Source: an uncultured Pelagibacteraceae bacterium (GTDB lineage Bacteria > Pseudomonadota > Alphaproteobacteria > Pelagibacterales > Pelagibacteraceae). Taken from it: a stretch of DNA of 64,000 nucleotides. How positions within the stretch are numbered: position 1 is the stretch's first letter; each line of letters opens with the position of its first letter. The notes under the pieces are model-generated. The model did not search any database. It had not been told where the DNA came from and saw only the letters and a list, made by a program, of their open reading frames with translations. Below, in pieces: positions 11,096 to 20,315 of this stretch. Location of the stretch: positions 10,204-74,203 of the forward strand of contig CACDOD010000002.1 of assembly GCA_902554335.1 (NCBI GenBank). Direction: 5' to 3'. The position numbers and the translations under genes are program-made.

Positions 11096-11665
11096 GTGTC
11101 AAAAATACTTTTAATAGATAACTATGATAGTTTTACATATAACCTTTATCATTATATTTCTTCATTTAACAAAAATGTTGATGTTAAAAGAAATGATAGA
11201 GTTAATTCAAAAGATATAATTAAAAATAAATATAAAAAAATAATAATTTCACCAGGACCTGGAAATCCTAATCAAGCAGGAAACTGTTTAAAAATTGTGA
11301 AAGAGTTTTATAATAAAATTCCAATCTTAGGAGTTTGTTTAGGTCATCAAATAATTGGACAAGTTTTCGGAGCAAAAATTATTCAAGCTAAAAAACTTAT
11401 GCATGGAAAAACAAGTGTTATAAAAAGTAAGAAACTTGGTGTATTAAAGGGAATAAAAAGTAAATTTACAGCTACTAGATATCACAGTCTAATTGTAGAC
11501 AGAGCTAGTTTATCTAAGGATTTAATAGTAACAGCTACAACAGATAAGAATATAATAATGGGTTTAATGCATAATAAGTATCAAATTCATGGTGTACAAT
11601 TTCATCCTGAAAGCATTAATACGAAAGTTGGTATGAAAATTATAGAAAATTTTGTTAAAATATAA
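11096..11665 (+). CDS. trpG: Anthranilate synthase component II (glutamine amidotransferase)
   Basis: IDNYDSFTYN, SPGPG, GVCLGHQ, QFHPES; GTG start. Confidence 0.95.
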   Translation: MSKILLIDNYDSFTYNLYHYISSFNKNVDVKRNDRVNSKDIIKNKYKKIIISPGPGNPNQAGNCLKIVKEFYNKIPILGVCLGHQIIGQVFGAKIIQAKKLMHGKTSVIKSKKLGVLKGIKSKFTATRYHSLIVDRASLSKDLIVTATTDKNIIMGLMHNKYQIHGVQFHPESINTKVGMKIIENFVKI

Positions 11666-11666
11666 A

Positions 11667-12662
11667 ATGAAAAACTCTCTTAAAAAATTAAAAGATAAAA
11701 TTGATCTTAATTTTGAAGAAACAAAGGTGATATTCACAAAAATAATGAACGGAGAAGCCTCTGAGGATGAGATTCATCAGTTTCTAACACTGTTATCTAA
11801 TAAAGGTGAAGTTTCAACTGAAATTGCAGCTGGAGTTTATGTATTAAGAGATAAATCTACAAGAGTAAATGTTGAGGGTGCGATCGATACATGTGGCACT
11901 GGTGGTGATGGAAAAAATACTCTAAATATTTCAACTGCATCTGCACTTTTATTGGCTTCTATGGGTATAAAAGTTGCAAAACATGGAAATAAAGCCGTTT
12001 CATCAAAATGTGGTTCGGGAGATGTTTTGGAAAAATTAAATATAAATATTAATTTAGATGCAAAATCTGTGGAGGATAATATTAAGAAATTAAATTTTGG
12101 TTTTATGTTTGCTCCAAATTTTCATTCAGCAATGAAATTTGTTGGACCAGTAAGAAAAAAGATTGGCAAAAGAACTATATTTAATATGATTGGTCCGTTA
12201 AGCAGCCCTGCTCTAGTTAAAAAGCAAGTTGTTGGTGTATTTGATAAAAAGCTTTTAAATATTTTTGCAAATGCATTGAAAGATTTAAAAATTACAAATG
12301 CGTGGATTGTTAATAGTGAGGACGGACTAGATGAAATTTCGCCCTATGCAACTACTAATGTTTGTCAATTAAAAAACGGGGAAATATCAAATATTTCAAT
12401 TGATCCAAGTCAATTAAACATAAAGACAAAAGGTTTTGATACTATCTTAGGTGAAGATTCAAATTATAATTCAAAAAAAATTATTGATATTTTTAAAGGC
12501 GAAGATAACGATTTTTCTGTTGCAGTGTGCTTAAACGCTGCGGCAGGTTTAATCGTTTCTGAAGATAAAGACAACTTTAAAGAAGCCTATCAAAAATCAA
12601 GAGATCATATTTTGTCAGGTAAAGCATTAAACCATTTAGAAAAAATTCAAAATGGCATCTAA
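11667..12662 (+). CDS. trpD: Anthranilate phosphoribosyltransferase
   Basis: DTCGTGGDG, NISTAS, KHGNKAVSSKCGSGD; ATG at 11667 just after the trpG stop is preferred over 11652. Confidence 0.95.
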   Translation: MKNSLKKLKDKIDLNFEETKVIFTKIMNGEASEDEIHQFLTLLSNKGEVSTEIAAGVYVLRDKSTRVNVEGAIDTCGTGGDGKNTLNISTASALLLASMGIKVAKHGNKAVSSKCGSGDVLEKLNININLDAKSVEDNIKKLNFGFMFAPNFHSAMKFVGPVRKKIGKRTIFNMIGPLSSPALVKKQVVGVFDKKLLNIFANALKDLKITNAWIVNSEDGLDEISPYATTNVCQLKNGEISNISIDPSQLNIKTKGFDTILGEDSNYNSKKIIDIFKGEDNDFSVAVCLNAAAGLIVSEDKDNFKEAYQKSRDHILSGKALNHLEKIQNGI

Positions 12663-13443
12663 TTCTCTAGATAAAATTATAAATAAAAAAATAGAAAGAT
12701 TAAATTTATTAAAAAATAAATTAAAAATTGAGGATTTAGAACACAAAATTGATAAATTTGATAAATACCTAGATTTTAAAAAAAAAATATATTCAAATTT
12801 CTCAAAAGGAAAATTTTCTATAATTGCTGAAATTAAAAAAACAAGCCCATCTGCGGGTGTTATTATTGAAAATTATAATCCTGTCAATATAGCTAAAATA
12901 TATGAGAAAAATAAAGCAACATGTTTGTCGGTTTTAACCGAAGAAGATTTTTTTAATGGTAGCTTAGAACATATTTCTAAAATTAAAGAACAGATAAATC
13001 TCCCTGTTTTATGTAAGGATTTTTTTATAGATAAATTTCAAATTCCATTAGCGAAAAGTTTCGGCGCAGATGCTATACTTTTAATTGTTGCTGCTTTAAG
13101 ACAAAATCAACTAGAAGAACTCTATAATACAGCTTTAGAATACAAAATGACTATAATAATTGAAGTTCATACTGTTGAAGAGGCAAACAGAATTACTAAT
13201 TTTAAAAATGCAATAATAGGTATAAATAACAGAAATTTAAAAACACTTAAAACTGATTTGAATAACACTTTTGAAATTTATAAAACTTTAAATAGCTTTG
13301 ATGGAATTTTAGTTTCTGAGAGTGGTATAAAAAGTAAGGATGATGTTTTAAAAATTTCAAATCAAACAAATATTAAAACTTTTCTAATTGGTGAATCATT
13401 ATTAAAAAACTTGGATAGTAACTCTATATTTTCAATTCTTTAG
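12652..13443 (+). CDS. trpC: Indole-3-glycerol phosphate synthase
   Basis: IAEIKK.SPS.G, SVLTE, KDF, GINNRNL, VSESGI, LIGESL. Confidence 0.96.
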   Translation: MASNSLDKIINKKIERLNLLKNKLKIEDLEHKIDKFDKYLDFKKKIYSNFSKGKFSIIAEIKKTSPSAGVIIENYNPVNIAKIYEKNKATCLSVLTEEDFFNGSLEHISKIKEQINLPVLCKDFFIDKFQIPLAKSFGADAILLIVAALRQNQLEELYNTALEYKMTIIIEVHTVEEANRITNFKNAIIGINNRNLKTLKTDLNNTFEIYKTLNSFDGILVSESGIKSKDDVLKISNQTNIKTFLIGESLLKNLDSNSIFSIL

Positions 13444-13490
13444 TAAAAAACCCTTTAATTATAAGCCTTTTTTTGGTTGTATTTCAGCAA

Positions 13491-13526
13491 GAACTTTTAT
13501 AGAACATGAATGTACTTGATTTGTTC
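13491..13526 (+). promoter_or_regulatory. Two alphaproteobacterial LexA (SOS) boxes upstream of lexA
   Basis: GAAC-ttttata-GAAC (13491-13505) and GTAC-ttgattt-GTTC (13512-13526) match the GAAC-N7-GAAC / GTTC-N7-GTTC consensus and end 1 bp before the ATG. Confidence 0.85.
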
Positions 13527-13527
13527 T

Positions 13528-14205
13528 ATGCTAACAAAAAAACAAAAAAATTTGTTACTTTTTATAAATAAAAAAATCAGAGGCACTGGTGTGTCTCCTT
13601 CTTACGAAGAAATGAAATCTTCTTTAAATTTAAAGTCTAAATCTGGTATTCATAGACTAATTAGCGCATTAGAAGAAAGAGGATTTATTAAAAGATTGGC
13701 CCATAAAGCGCGTGCATTAGAAGTAGTAAAATTACCAGAAACGGCCTCTGCAAATGATATTTATAATTCTTTTTCACCTAGCGTAATTAAGGGCGGATTA
13801 AGCGAAGTGAATAAATCTAAAAAAAATGAAATATCTGTATTAGGAAGTATTGCAGCTGGAACACCAATAGAAGCAATTCAGAATGAAGTTTCTAGAATCC
13901 CCCTACCTTCAAATATTGAAAATAATGGAGAATTTTTTGGACTGAAAGTAAAAGGAGATTCAATGATAGAAGCTGGTATCAATGACGGTGATACAGTAAT
14001 AATTAAAAAAGCTGATAGAGCAGAAAATGGTAAAATTGTAGTTGCTCTTATAGATGATCATGAAGCAATGTTAAAAAGAATAAGAATAAAAGGAAAAACT
14101 GTTGCATTAGAAAGTGCTAACAGAAGTTACGAAACAAAAATCTTTGGCCCAGATAGAGTTAAAGTTCAAGGCGTTCTGATATCTTTATATAGAAACTTCA
14201 ACTAA
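13528..14205 (+). CDS. lexA: SOS repressor LexA
   Basis: MLTKKQ…[18 protein letters not shown] wHTH; cleavage site IAAG; catalytic GDSM and LKR. The 13528 start matches the alphaproteobacterial MLT N-terminus. Confidence 0.96.
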   Translation: MLTKKQKNLLLFINKKIRGTGVSPSYEEMKSSLNLKSKSGIHRLISALEERGFIKRLAHKARALEVVKLPETASANDIYNSFSPSVIKGGLSEVNKSKKNEISVLGSIAAGTPIEAIQNEVSRIPLPSNIENNGEFFGLKVKGDSMIEAGINDGDTVIIKKADRAENGKIVVALIDDHEAMLKRIRIKGKTVALESANRSYETKIFGPDRVKVQGVLISLYRNFN

Positions 14206-14224
14206 AATAGTCTACAAAATATAT

Positions 14225-15622
14225 ATGAAAAAAGTTGCAACTCGTTTTGCACCCTCACCTACGGGACCATTGCATATTGGAGGCGTTAGAACCGCTCTGT
14301 TTAATTGGCTTTATTCAAAAAATAAAAATGGATCTTTTTATTTAAGAATTGAAGATACCGACAAAGAAAGATCAAAAGATGAATACAAAAATCAAATTAT
14401 AAATTCTCTTAAGTGGATTGGTGTAGAAAATGACGGGGATGAATATATTCAATCAAAAAAGATTGATGATCATATAAATATTGCAAATGAATTATTAAAA
14501 AATGGACATGCATATAAATGCTACTGCTCAAGTGAAGAAATTGAAGAACAAAAAAAAAGGGCAAAGCAAAAAAAAATTCCATACATTTATGATAGAAAAT
14601 GGAGAGATAAAAGTGAATCAGAAGCTCCTAAAGATTTAAAACCTACAATTAGATTTAAAAGTAAAATTGAGGGAACTACAATACTAAAAGACTTAGTGCA
14701 AGGTGATGTTGAAATAGAAAATAATACTATTGAAGATTTTATTATTTTAAGAAATGATGGAACACCAACTTATAACTTATCAGCATCCGTTGATGATCAT
14801 CAAATGAATATTACACATATAATTAGAGGTGATGATCACAAAATAAATACATTTAAACAAATGCAAATTTATTTAGCAATGAAATGGGAATTGCCATCTT
14901 TTGCACATATACCTTTAATACATACAACAGAAGGAAAAAAACTATCAAAGAGAGATAAGGCATCAACATTAAATGACTATTCAAAGATAGGAATTATGCC
15001 AGAAGCATTGCGAAATTACCTTTTAAGATTAGGTTGGTCATATAAAGATAAAGAAATTTTTACCATAGATGAGAGTATTAAATATTTTAATTTAGAAGGT
15101 ATTGGAAAATCACCCTCTAAACTAGATATGAGTAGAATTTTGTCTATGAATGAACACTACATTAAAAATATGAGTGAAAATGAACTTTATATTCAATTTG
15201 AAAGTTATTGTGATAAATATAAAAATAAAATTCCAAACGAAAAATCAGATAAAATTAAAAAATCATTAAACTTTCTTAAAAACAAAGCTAAAACTTTAGA
15301 GGATATTTATAATAACTCGACATATATAATTGAAGATGTGGTCAGTTTTAATAACGATGATCTTAAATTAATAGATGATAATGCTAAAAAAATTATTTCA
15401 GAATTTTCAAGCAATATTGATAAATTAGATAAATTTGAAAGATATGAATTAGAGCCAATTTTAGAAAATCTTATAAAATCAAATAATACCAATTTTAAAG
15501 GTGTTGGTCAGCCATTAAGAATTATATTAACAGGCTCAAAATTTGGTCCTGGTATATATGATATAATTATTTCTCTTGGAAAAGAAGAAGTAAAAAAAAG
15601 ATTAAGCGCCAAGATAACTTGA
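14225..15622 (+). CDS. gltX: Glutamate--tRNA ligase
   Basis: RFAPSPTG, HIGG, RIEDTD, KLSKR. Confidence 0.97.
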   Translation: MKKVATRFAPSPTGPLHIGGVRTALFNWLYSKNKNGSFYLRIEDTDKERSKDEYKNQIINSLKWIGVENDGDEYIQSKKIDDHINIANELLKNGHAYKCYCSSEEIEEQKKRAKQKKIPYIYDRKWRDKSESEAPKDLKPTIRFKSKIEGTTILKDLVQGDVEIENNTIEDFIILRNDGTPTYNLSASVDDHQMNITHIIRGDDHKINTFKQMQIYLAMKWELPSFAHIPLIHTTEGKKLSKRDKASTLNDYSKIGIMPEALRNYLLRLGWSYKDKEIFTIDESIKYFNLEGIGKSPSKLDMSRILSMNEHYIKNMSENELYIQFESYCDKYKNKIPNEKSDKIKKSLNFLKNKAKTLEDIYNNSTYIIEDVVSFNNDDLKLIDDNAKKIISEFSSNIDKLDKFERYELEPILENLIKSNNTNFKGVGQPLRIILTGSKFGPGIYDIIISLGKEEVKKRLSAKIT

Positions 15623-16738
15623 GATAACAATTGAAGCTTCCTTAGATGAAGAAGTTTTAGATCTAATATCTTTTAAGGTATTACTAACGAGATTTATTTG
15701 CTTATCCATTAGTTCAGGATTTTTAAGATAGTAAACAACAGATCTAAAAATTTCTTTTGCATTACATTCTTTTTGAATAAGTTCGGGAATAATTTCTTTC
15801 TGATTTATTATATTTATTATATTTGCATATTTTGTTTTTACTAAAAACTTAACAATCATAAAATTTAAATAATTCATTTTATAAATTATTATTGAAGGAA
15901 TTTTAAAATTGCAAATTTCTAATGATACGGTTCCAGATTTAGCTACAGCAAATTTTGAATTAAATAAGATTTGAGATTTAATATTTTCATCTGATATTAC
16001 ATCAACGTTTTTGAAATTAAATTTTATTAATTTTTCATTAATTAGATTTTTACTTTGATCAGTAGTATGAAATACAAAATGATATTCATTAAACTTATTA
16101 TTCATAAGTATTACAAAATCTATTAATATTGGTAAAAGAATTGATATTTCTGACAATCTACTTCCAGGGAATAAAGATATAATTTTTTTATCATTTTTAA
16201 TTAAGTTAGACAATTCAGTTTTAATATTTTCCTTATTTTCAAGTAAAGGGTGACCAACAAAAGTATTTTTAATATTTTCTTTATCAAAATATTTTTTTTC
16301 AAAATTAAATAATAATAGAACATGATCTAAAAATTTTTTAAATTTTTTCAATCTTCCTTCTCTCCAAATCCACACTTGTGGTGCAACATAATGGATTGTT
16401 TTGATATTAGGATTAATTTTCTTTACTTTTTCAGCAACTCTTAAAGTAAAATCAGGACTATCTACACTAAAAAGAATATCAGGTTTAAATTCAATTATCT
16501 TTTTAACAGTTTCATTAATTTTACTTCTTATCTTAAACAAATTAATAAATACACTTGTAAAACCAATATAAGTTATCTCCTTTAAATCATATATTGATTT
16601 AATACCTAGTTTATTTAAATGTGTACCTCCTACACTTAAGTAATCAATGTTATTGTGACTTTGGTTCAATTGAGAAATAACTGTAGAGGCTAGTTTATCT
16701 CCTGAAGGTTCTCCAGTTAAAATAAAAATTTTCCTCAT
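15602..16738 (-). CDS. lpxB: Lipid-A-disaccharide synthase
   Basis: GEPSGD, DSPDF, YVAPQVWIWR, VGHPL, PGSR.SE, KSGT. Confidence 0.95.
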   Translation of the reverse strand: MRKIFILTGEPSGDKLASTVISQLNQSHNNIDYLSVGGTHLNKLGIKSIYDLKEITYIGFTSVFINLFKIRSKINETVKKIIEFKPDILFSVDSPDFTLRVAEKVKKINPNIKTIHYVAPQVWIWREGRLKKFKKFLDHVLLLFNFEKKYFDKENIKNTFVGHPLLENKENIKTELSNLIKNDKKIISLFPGSRLSEISILLPILIDFVILMNNKFNEYHFVFHTTDQSKNLINEKLIKFNFKNVDVISDENIKSQILFNSKFAVAKSGTVSLEICNFKIPSIIIYKMNYLNFMIVKFLVKTKYANIINIINQKEIIPELIQKECNAKEIFRSVVYYLKNPELMDKQINLVSNTLKDIRSKTSSSKEASIVISSYLGA

Positions 16739-17532
16739 TTGATACTAATGAACATTTTGTATTTATTCGCATAATTAATGCATGCTTTTTTTTCCAAGAA
16801 GACATGTTGTTTATTTTTTAATACTATTCCTTTAAGGCCAGCGTTCTTGGTTAATTGAAAAGTTTTTAACCCAACAGTCGGTAAATCAATTCGCAGGTCC
16901 TGACTTTTTTTCGGATATTTAACTAAAACTCCATTTTTTTTTAAATTACTTGATTTACATTTTTTTAACATTTGTTCAGTTCCACCTTTGCTTTCAATTG
17001 CTATTACTTTATTATTTCTTACAATAGTTCCCTGACTAAAATTATATTTTCCTAAACTGTTTAATGTTTTAATTGCTTTTTTAATATTTTTATTATCTTC
17101 ACTATTAGGTTTTATTTTGGAATAATTACCTTTTTTTAAAGTCAATTCAGGATTAAATTTCAATGAACTAATAGTTTTAATTTTTTGCTCATATAAAATT
17201 TTTATTACTTCTTTAAGTATGGCTGCATCCCCAAGATTTGATGCTTTAACAATCCTTGGGATATAATAAATTCCCTTTAAATCTAGCTTAAGTTTTGAAA
17301 AATTAGGTTTTGCAACTTTTCCAGCAAATAACACTTTTTTACATTTATTTTTGTTAAGAATTTCAATTATTTTCCCAAATTGTCCTATTGAAACTTTATA
17401 GGAATTTTTATCTTTTTTAAATTGTGTTGTTTTTTTTGTTAAATCTATAATTAAATATTTAATTTTTTTCTTCTTTATTTTTTTAAGTATTTCTATTGGG
17501 AATCTAGTTTCACCAAATATTAAGCCAATCAT
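16735..17532 (-). CDS. lpxI: UDP-2,3-diacylglucosamine diphosphatase LpxI
   Basis: GD..IL, AIE..GT, K..QDLRIDLPTVG; between lpxA and lpxB. Confidence 0.9.
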   Translation of the reverse strand: MIGLIFGETRFPIEILKKIKKKKIKYLIIDLTKKTTQFKKDKNSYKVSIGQFGKIIEILNKNKCKKVLFAGKVAKPNFSKLKLDLKGIYYIPRIVKASNLGDAAILKEVIKILYEQKIKTISSLKFNPELTLKKGNYSKIKPNSEDNKNIKKAIKTLNSLGKYNFSQGTIVRNNKVIAIESKGGTEQMLKKCKSSNLKKNGVLVKYPKKSQDLRIDLPTVGLKTFQLTKNAGLKGIVLKNKQHVFLEKKACINYANKYKMFISIK

Positions 17533-17533
17533 A

Positions 17534-18319
17534 CTATTCCTTTGAAAAAGGTGTACAAATAGATCTTTTTTTATCCTTATTTATAAATTCAATAACATTT
17601 TTTACCAACGGATTTTCCTTAAAAGCTCCATTAAGTTTACTTAAATTTTCTGTAAGGTTTTTAGTTGCAAATATTTCTTTATAAGCTTCTGAAAGACCCA
17701 ATATATCTTTATTTTCATAATTTGCTCTTCTTAATCCTATTAAATTTAAACCCTGAAGATAATTTCTGTTTCCTACTGATAATCCATAAGGAATTACATC
17801 ATGCAGCACTCCTGTCATTCCTCCAATCATTGCCATTTCTCCGATTCTAGTAAATTGTTGAACTGCTGAATTTCCTCCTATCACTACGCTATTTTCTATT
17901 ATTACATGCCCCCCTAATGGTACATTATTTGCTATTATAACGTTATTCCCAACATTACAATCATGTGCAATATGAGATGAGATCATAAAAAGACAATTGT
18001 TTCCAATTTTTGTAATTCCTCCTCCACCGACTGTACCTGGATTAACTGTAACATATTCTCTAAATTTGTTGTTTTCTCCAATTTGTAAAAATGTTTTTTC
18101 ACCATTATATTTTAAATCTTGTGGCTCGTTTCCTATTGAAGCAAAAGGATAGAAAATATTTCCTTTTCCAATTTTAGTATTACCAGAAATATTTACATGG
18201 GAATGAATTGTAACATTTTCCCCAATCTCAACATTTGGACCAATAACTGAGAATGGTCCAATTTTTACAGTTGAATGAATTTTTGCATTTTGATCTACGA
18301 TAGCTGATTTATCAATCAT
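17534..18319 (-). CDS. lpxA: UDP-N-acetylglucosamine acyltransferase
   Basis: Hexapeptide repeats, PQDLKY.GE, HIAHDC, GLNLIGLRR. Confidence 0.96.
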   Translation of the reverse strand: MIDKSAIVDQNAKIHSTVKIGPFSVIGPNVEIGENVTIHSHVNISGNTKIGKGNIFYPFASIGNEPQDLKYNGEKTFLQIGENNKFREYVTVNPGTVGGGGITKIGNNCLFMISSHIAHDCNVGNNVIIANNVPLGGHVIIENSVVIGGNSAVQQFTRIGEMAMIGGMTGVLHDVIPYGLSVGNRNYLQGLNLIGLRRANYENKDILGLSEAYKEIFATKNLTENLSKLNGAFKENPLVKNVIEFINKDKKRSICTPFSKE

Positions 18320-19293
18320 TTATTTTCTCTAATAAAATTTTTTAAATCTTTTGCTGGATACCCCATAACCTTTGAATTATCTGGTATATTTTTAATTACA
18401 CCACTTCCTCCACCAATTTGTACATTGTTTCCAATTTTAAGATGGCCAGAAATTCCAGCTTGCCCACCTATCATTACATTACTACCTAATGTTGAACTAC
18501 CTGCAAATCCAACTTGGCCGGCAATTATACAATTTTCTCCTATTTTTACATTGTGGGCAATATGTATTTGATTATCTAAATAAGTATTTTTTCCAATTAT
18601 TGTATTTGAAAGTGAGCCCCTGTCTATCGTTGATCCACATCCAATTTCTACGTTATCATCAATTATAACTATACCAACTTGTGGGTATCTAAAATTAGAG
18701 TGTTTATCAGGAAAAAAGCCAAATCCTTTTTTTCCTACTACACTACCATCTAAAATATGAACATTATTTTTAATTAATGAATTACGAATAATAACGTTTG
18801 ATCCAATAGAACAATTATCACCTATAGATACATTTTTTTCAATAATTGAATTATGTCCAATCATGCAATTAAATCCTATATTAACATTTTTACCTATTAA
18901 TACATTTCTACCATGTTTAACCTTCTCTTTGAATTGCGTTTGATTTATATCATCAACAGAATTATCGAAATCATCAGTTACTGAGTCTGGATAAAAAATT
19001 TTAGTTATCATTGCTGTGTGTAATAATACTTTATCTGATATAATTGATTTGCAGGTATTTGGTAAAATATCACTTAGATTTTCAGTTGTTATACAGTATG
19101 AAGCTTTAGTATTTTTAGCAATTTCACTATATTTTTTTGAATGAAAAAATGAAATTTCACCACTTTGTGAAGTGTTAAGGTCTTTAATATCTTTAATTTT
19201 TTCTCCATCGAAAGACTGATTTTCTAAATTTATAAATTTTAATAAATAATTAATATCATAAGGACCTGTATTTTTAAAAAATGGATTTGTCAT
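18316..19293 (-). CDS. lpxD: UDP-3-O-acyl-glucosamine N-acyltransferase
   Basis: Hexapeptide repeats, GFGF, PQVG.V, TIDRG, LDNQIHIAHNV; ATG at 19293 chosen. Confidence 0.94.
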   Translation of the reverse strand: MTNPFFKNTGPYDINYLLKFINLENQSFDGEKIKDIKDLNTSQSGEISFFHSKKYSEIAKNTKASYCITTENLSDILPNTCKSIISDKVLLHTAMITKIFYPDSVTDDFDNSVDDINQTQFKEKVKHGRNVLIGKNVNIGFNCMIGHNSIIEKNVSIGDNCSIGSNVIIRNSLIKNNVHILDGSVVGKKGFGFFPDKHSNFRYPQVGIVIIDDNVEIGCGSTIDRGSLSNTIIGKNTYLDNQIHIAHNVKIGENCIIAGQVGFAGSSTLGSNVMIGGQAGISGHLKIGNNVQIGGGSGVIKNIPDNSKVMGYPAKDLKNFIRENK

Positions 19294-19347
19294 TAATAAG
19301 TTTAATATCAAAACTTTTATTAAATGCTTATCAAGATTTATTGCTAA

Positions 19348-19797
19348 TTATTTCCTATCAACTATGGTTGCGGACCATTGAGCATCGGCCATTTTTTTCC
19401 CATCAACAAAAGCCTCACCTTTGTACTTCCATACTCTTCCATGTGATCTAATAGCTTCAATGTTTAGCTCTAATTTACAATCTGGTATCACTGGATTTCT
19501 AAATCTTGCTTTTTCAACACTCATTAAAAAAACTAGTTTGTTTTCATATTCCTTTTTATCAATACCAGCTGCAGTTAATGCAGCTGCAGCCTGACCAAAA
19601 GCTTCTACAATAAGTACACCAGGCATAACAGGCTGTCCTGGAAAGTGACCTTGAACAAAAAAACTATCCTTTTTAACATTTACTATTGCTGTTGCAGAAA
19701 ATAATTTTTTAATATTGATTAGTTCATCAATTAAAAGCATTGGCTCTCTATGAGGCAAAAGATTTATTATGTCTTTTTTACTTAATGTAGTAGTCAT
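19348..19797 (-). CDS. fabZ: 3-hydroxyacyl-ACP dehydratase
   Basis: LPHR.PMLL, GHFPGQPVMPGVLIVEA. Confidence 0.97.
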   Translation of the reverse strand: MTTTLSKKDIINLLPHREPMLLIDELINIKKLFSATAIVNVKKDSFFVQGHFPGQPVMPGVLIVEAFGQAAAALTAAGIDKKEYENKLVFLMSVEKARFRNPVIPDCKLELNIEAIRSHGRVWKYKGEAFVDGKKMADAQWSATIVDRK

Positions 19798-20315
19798 TTT
19801 ATAATCTCAATCTTTGTAACATTTTTGTTAATAGTTTTTAAAATTTTATCAGTCATATCTAAATTTGATTTACCAATTAACATATGTTTTGATGAAATGA
19901 TTATATCTATATTATTTGTTTCCGCAAATTCTTTCAAAATTTTATTTATTTCAATCATCAATAAATTTAAAGTTTTGTCTTTATTATTATTAAGTTTTTG
20001 AATTTTCTCGTTATTTTTTTTATTAAAGTTATCTATTTCGCTTTGAAGAATATTAACTTTTTTGACATATTCATTTGTCTCTAATATATTTTTTTGTGAA
20101 ATAATTTTTTTTTCTTTGTCTTTAATTTGTGTTTGAAATTTTTTGATCTCATCTAACAATGATGAATTTTCATTATCGAAATATGTAATAATTTTTTTTC
20201 CAATGTCTGAATTTTTTATAATTGAATCTAAATCAGCATAATAAATATTTTGAGCTAAGCAATTTTTAATATTTAATACAAATAATAATATAAGAAGAAA
20301 ATTAAATTTTCTCAC
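19794..20315 (-). CDS. skp: Skp/OmpH periplasmic chaperone
   Basis: Signal peptide, coiled coil, DIII…DMTDKIL C-terminus; directly after bamA. Confidence 0.8.
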   Translation of the reverse strand: MRKFNFLLILLFVLNIKNCLAQNIYYADLDSIIKNSDIGKKIITYFDNENSSLLDEIKKFQTQIKDKEKKIISQKNILETNEYVKKVNILQSEIDNFNKKNNEKIQKLNNNKDKTLNLLMIEINKILKEFAETNNIDIIISSKHMLIGKSNLDMTDKILKTINKNVTKIEIIK

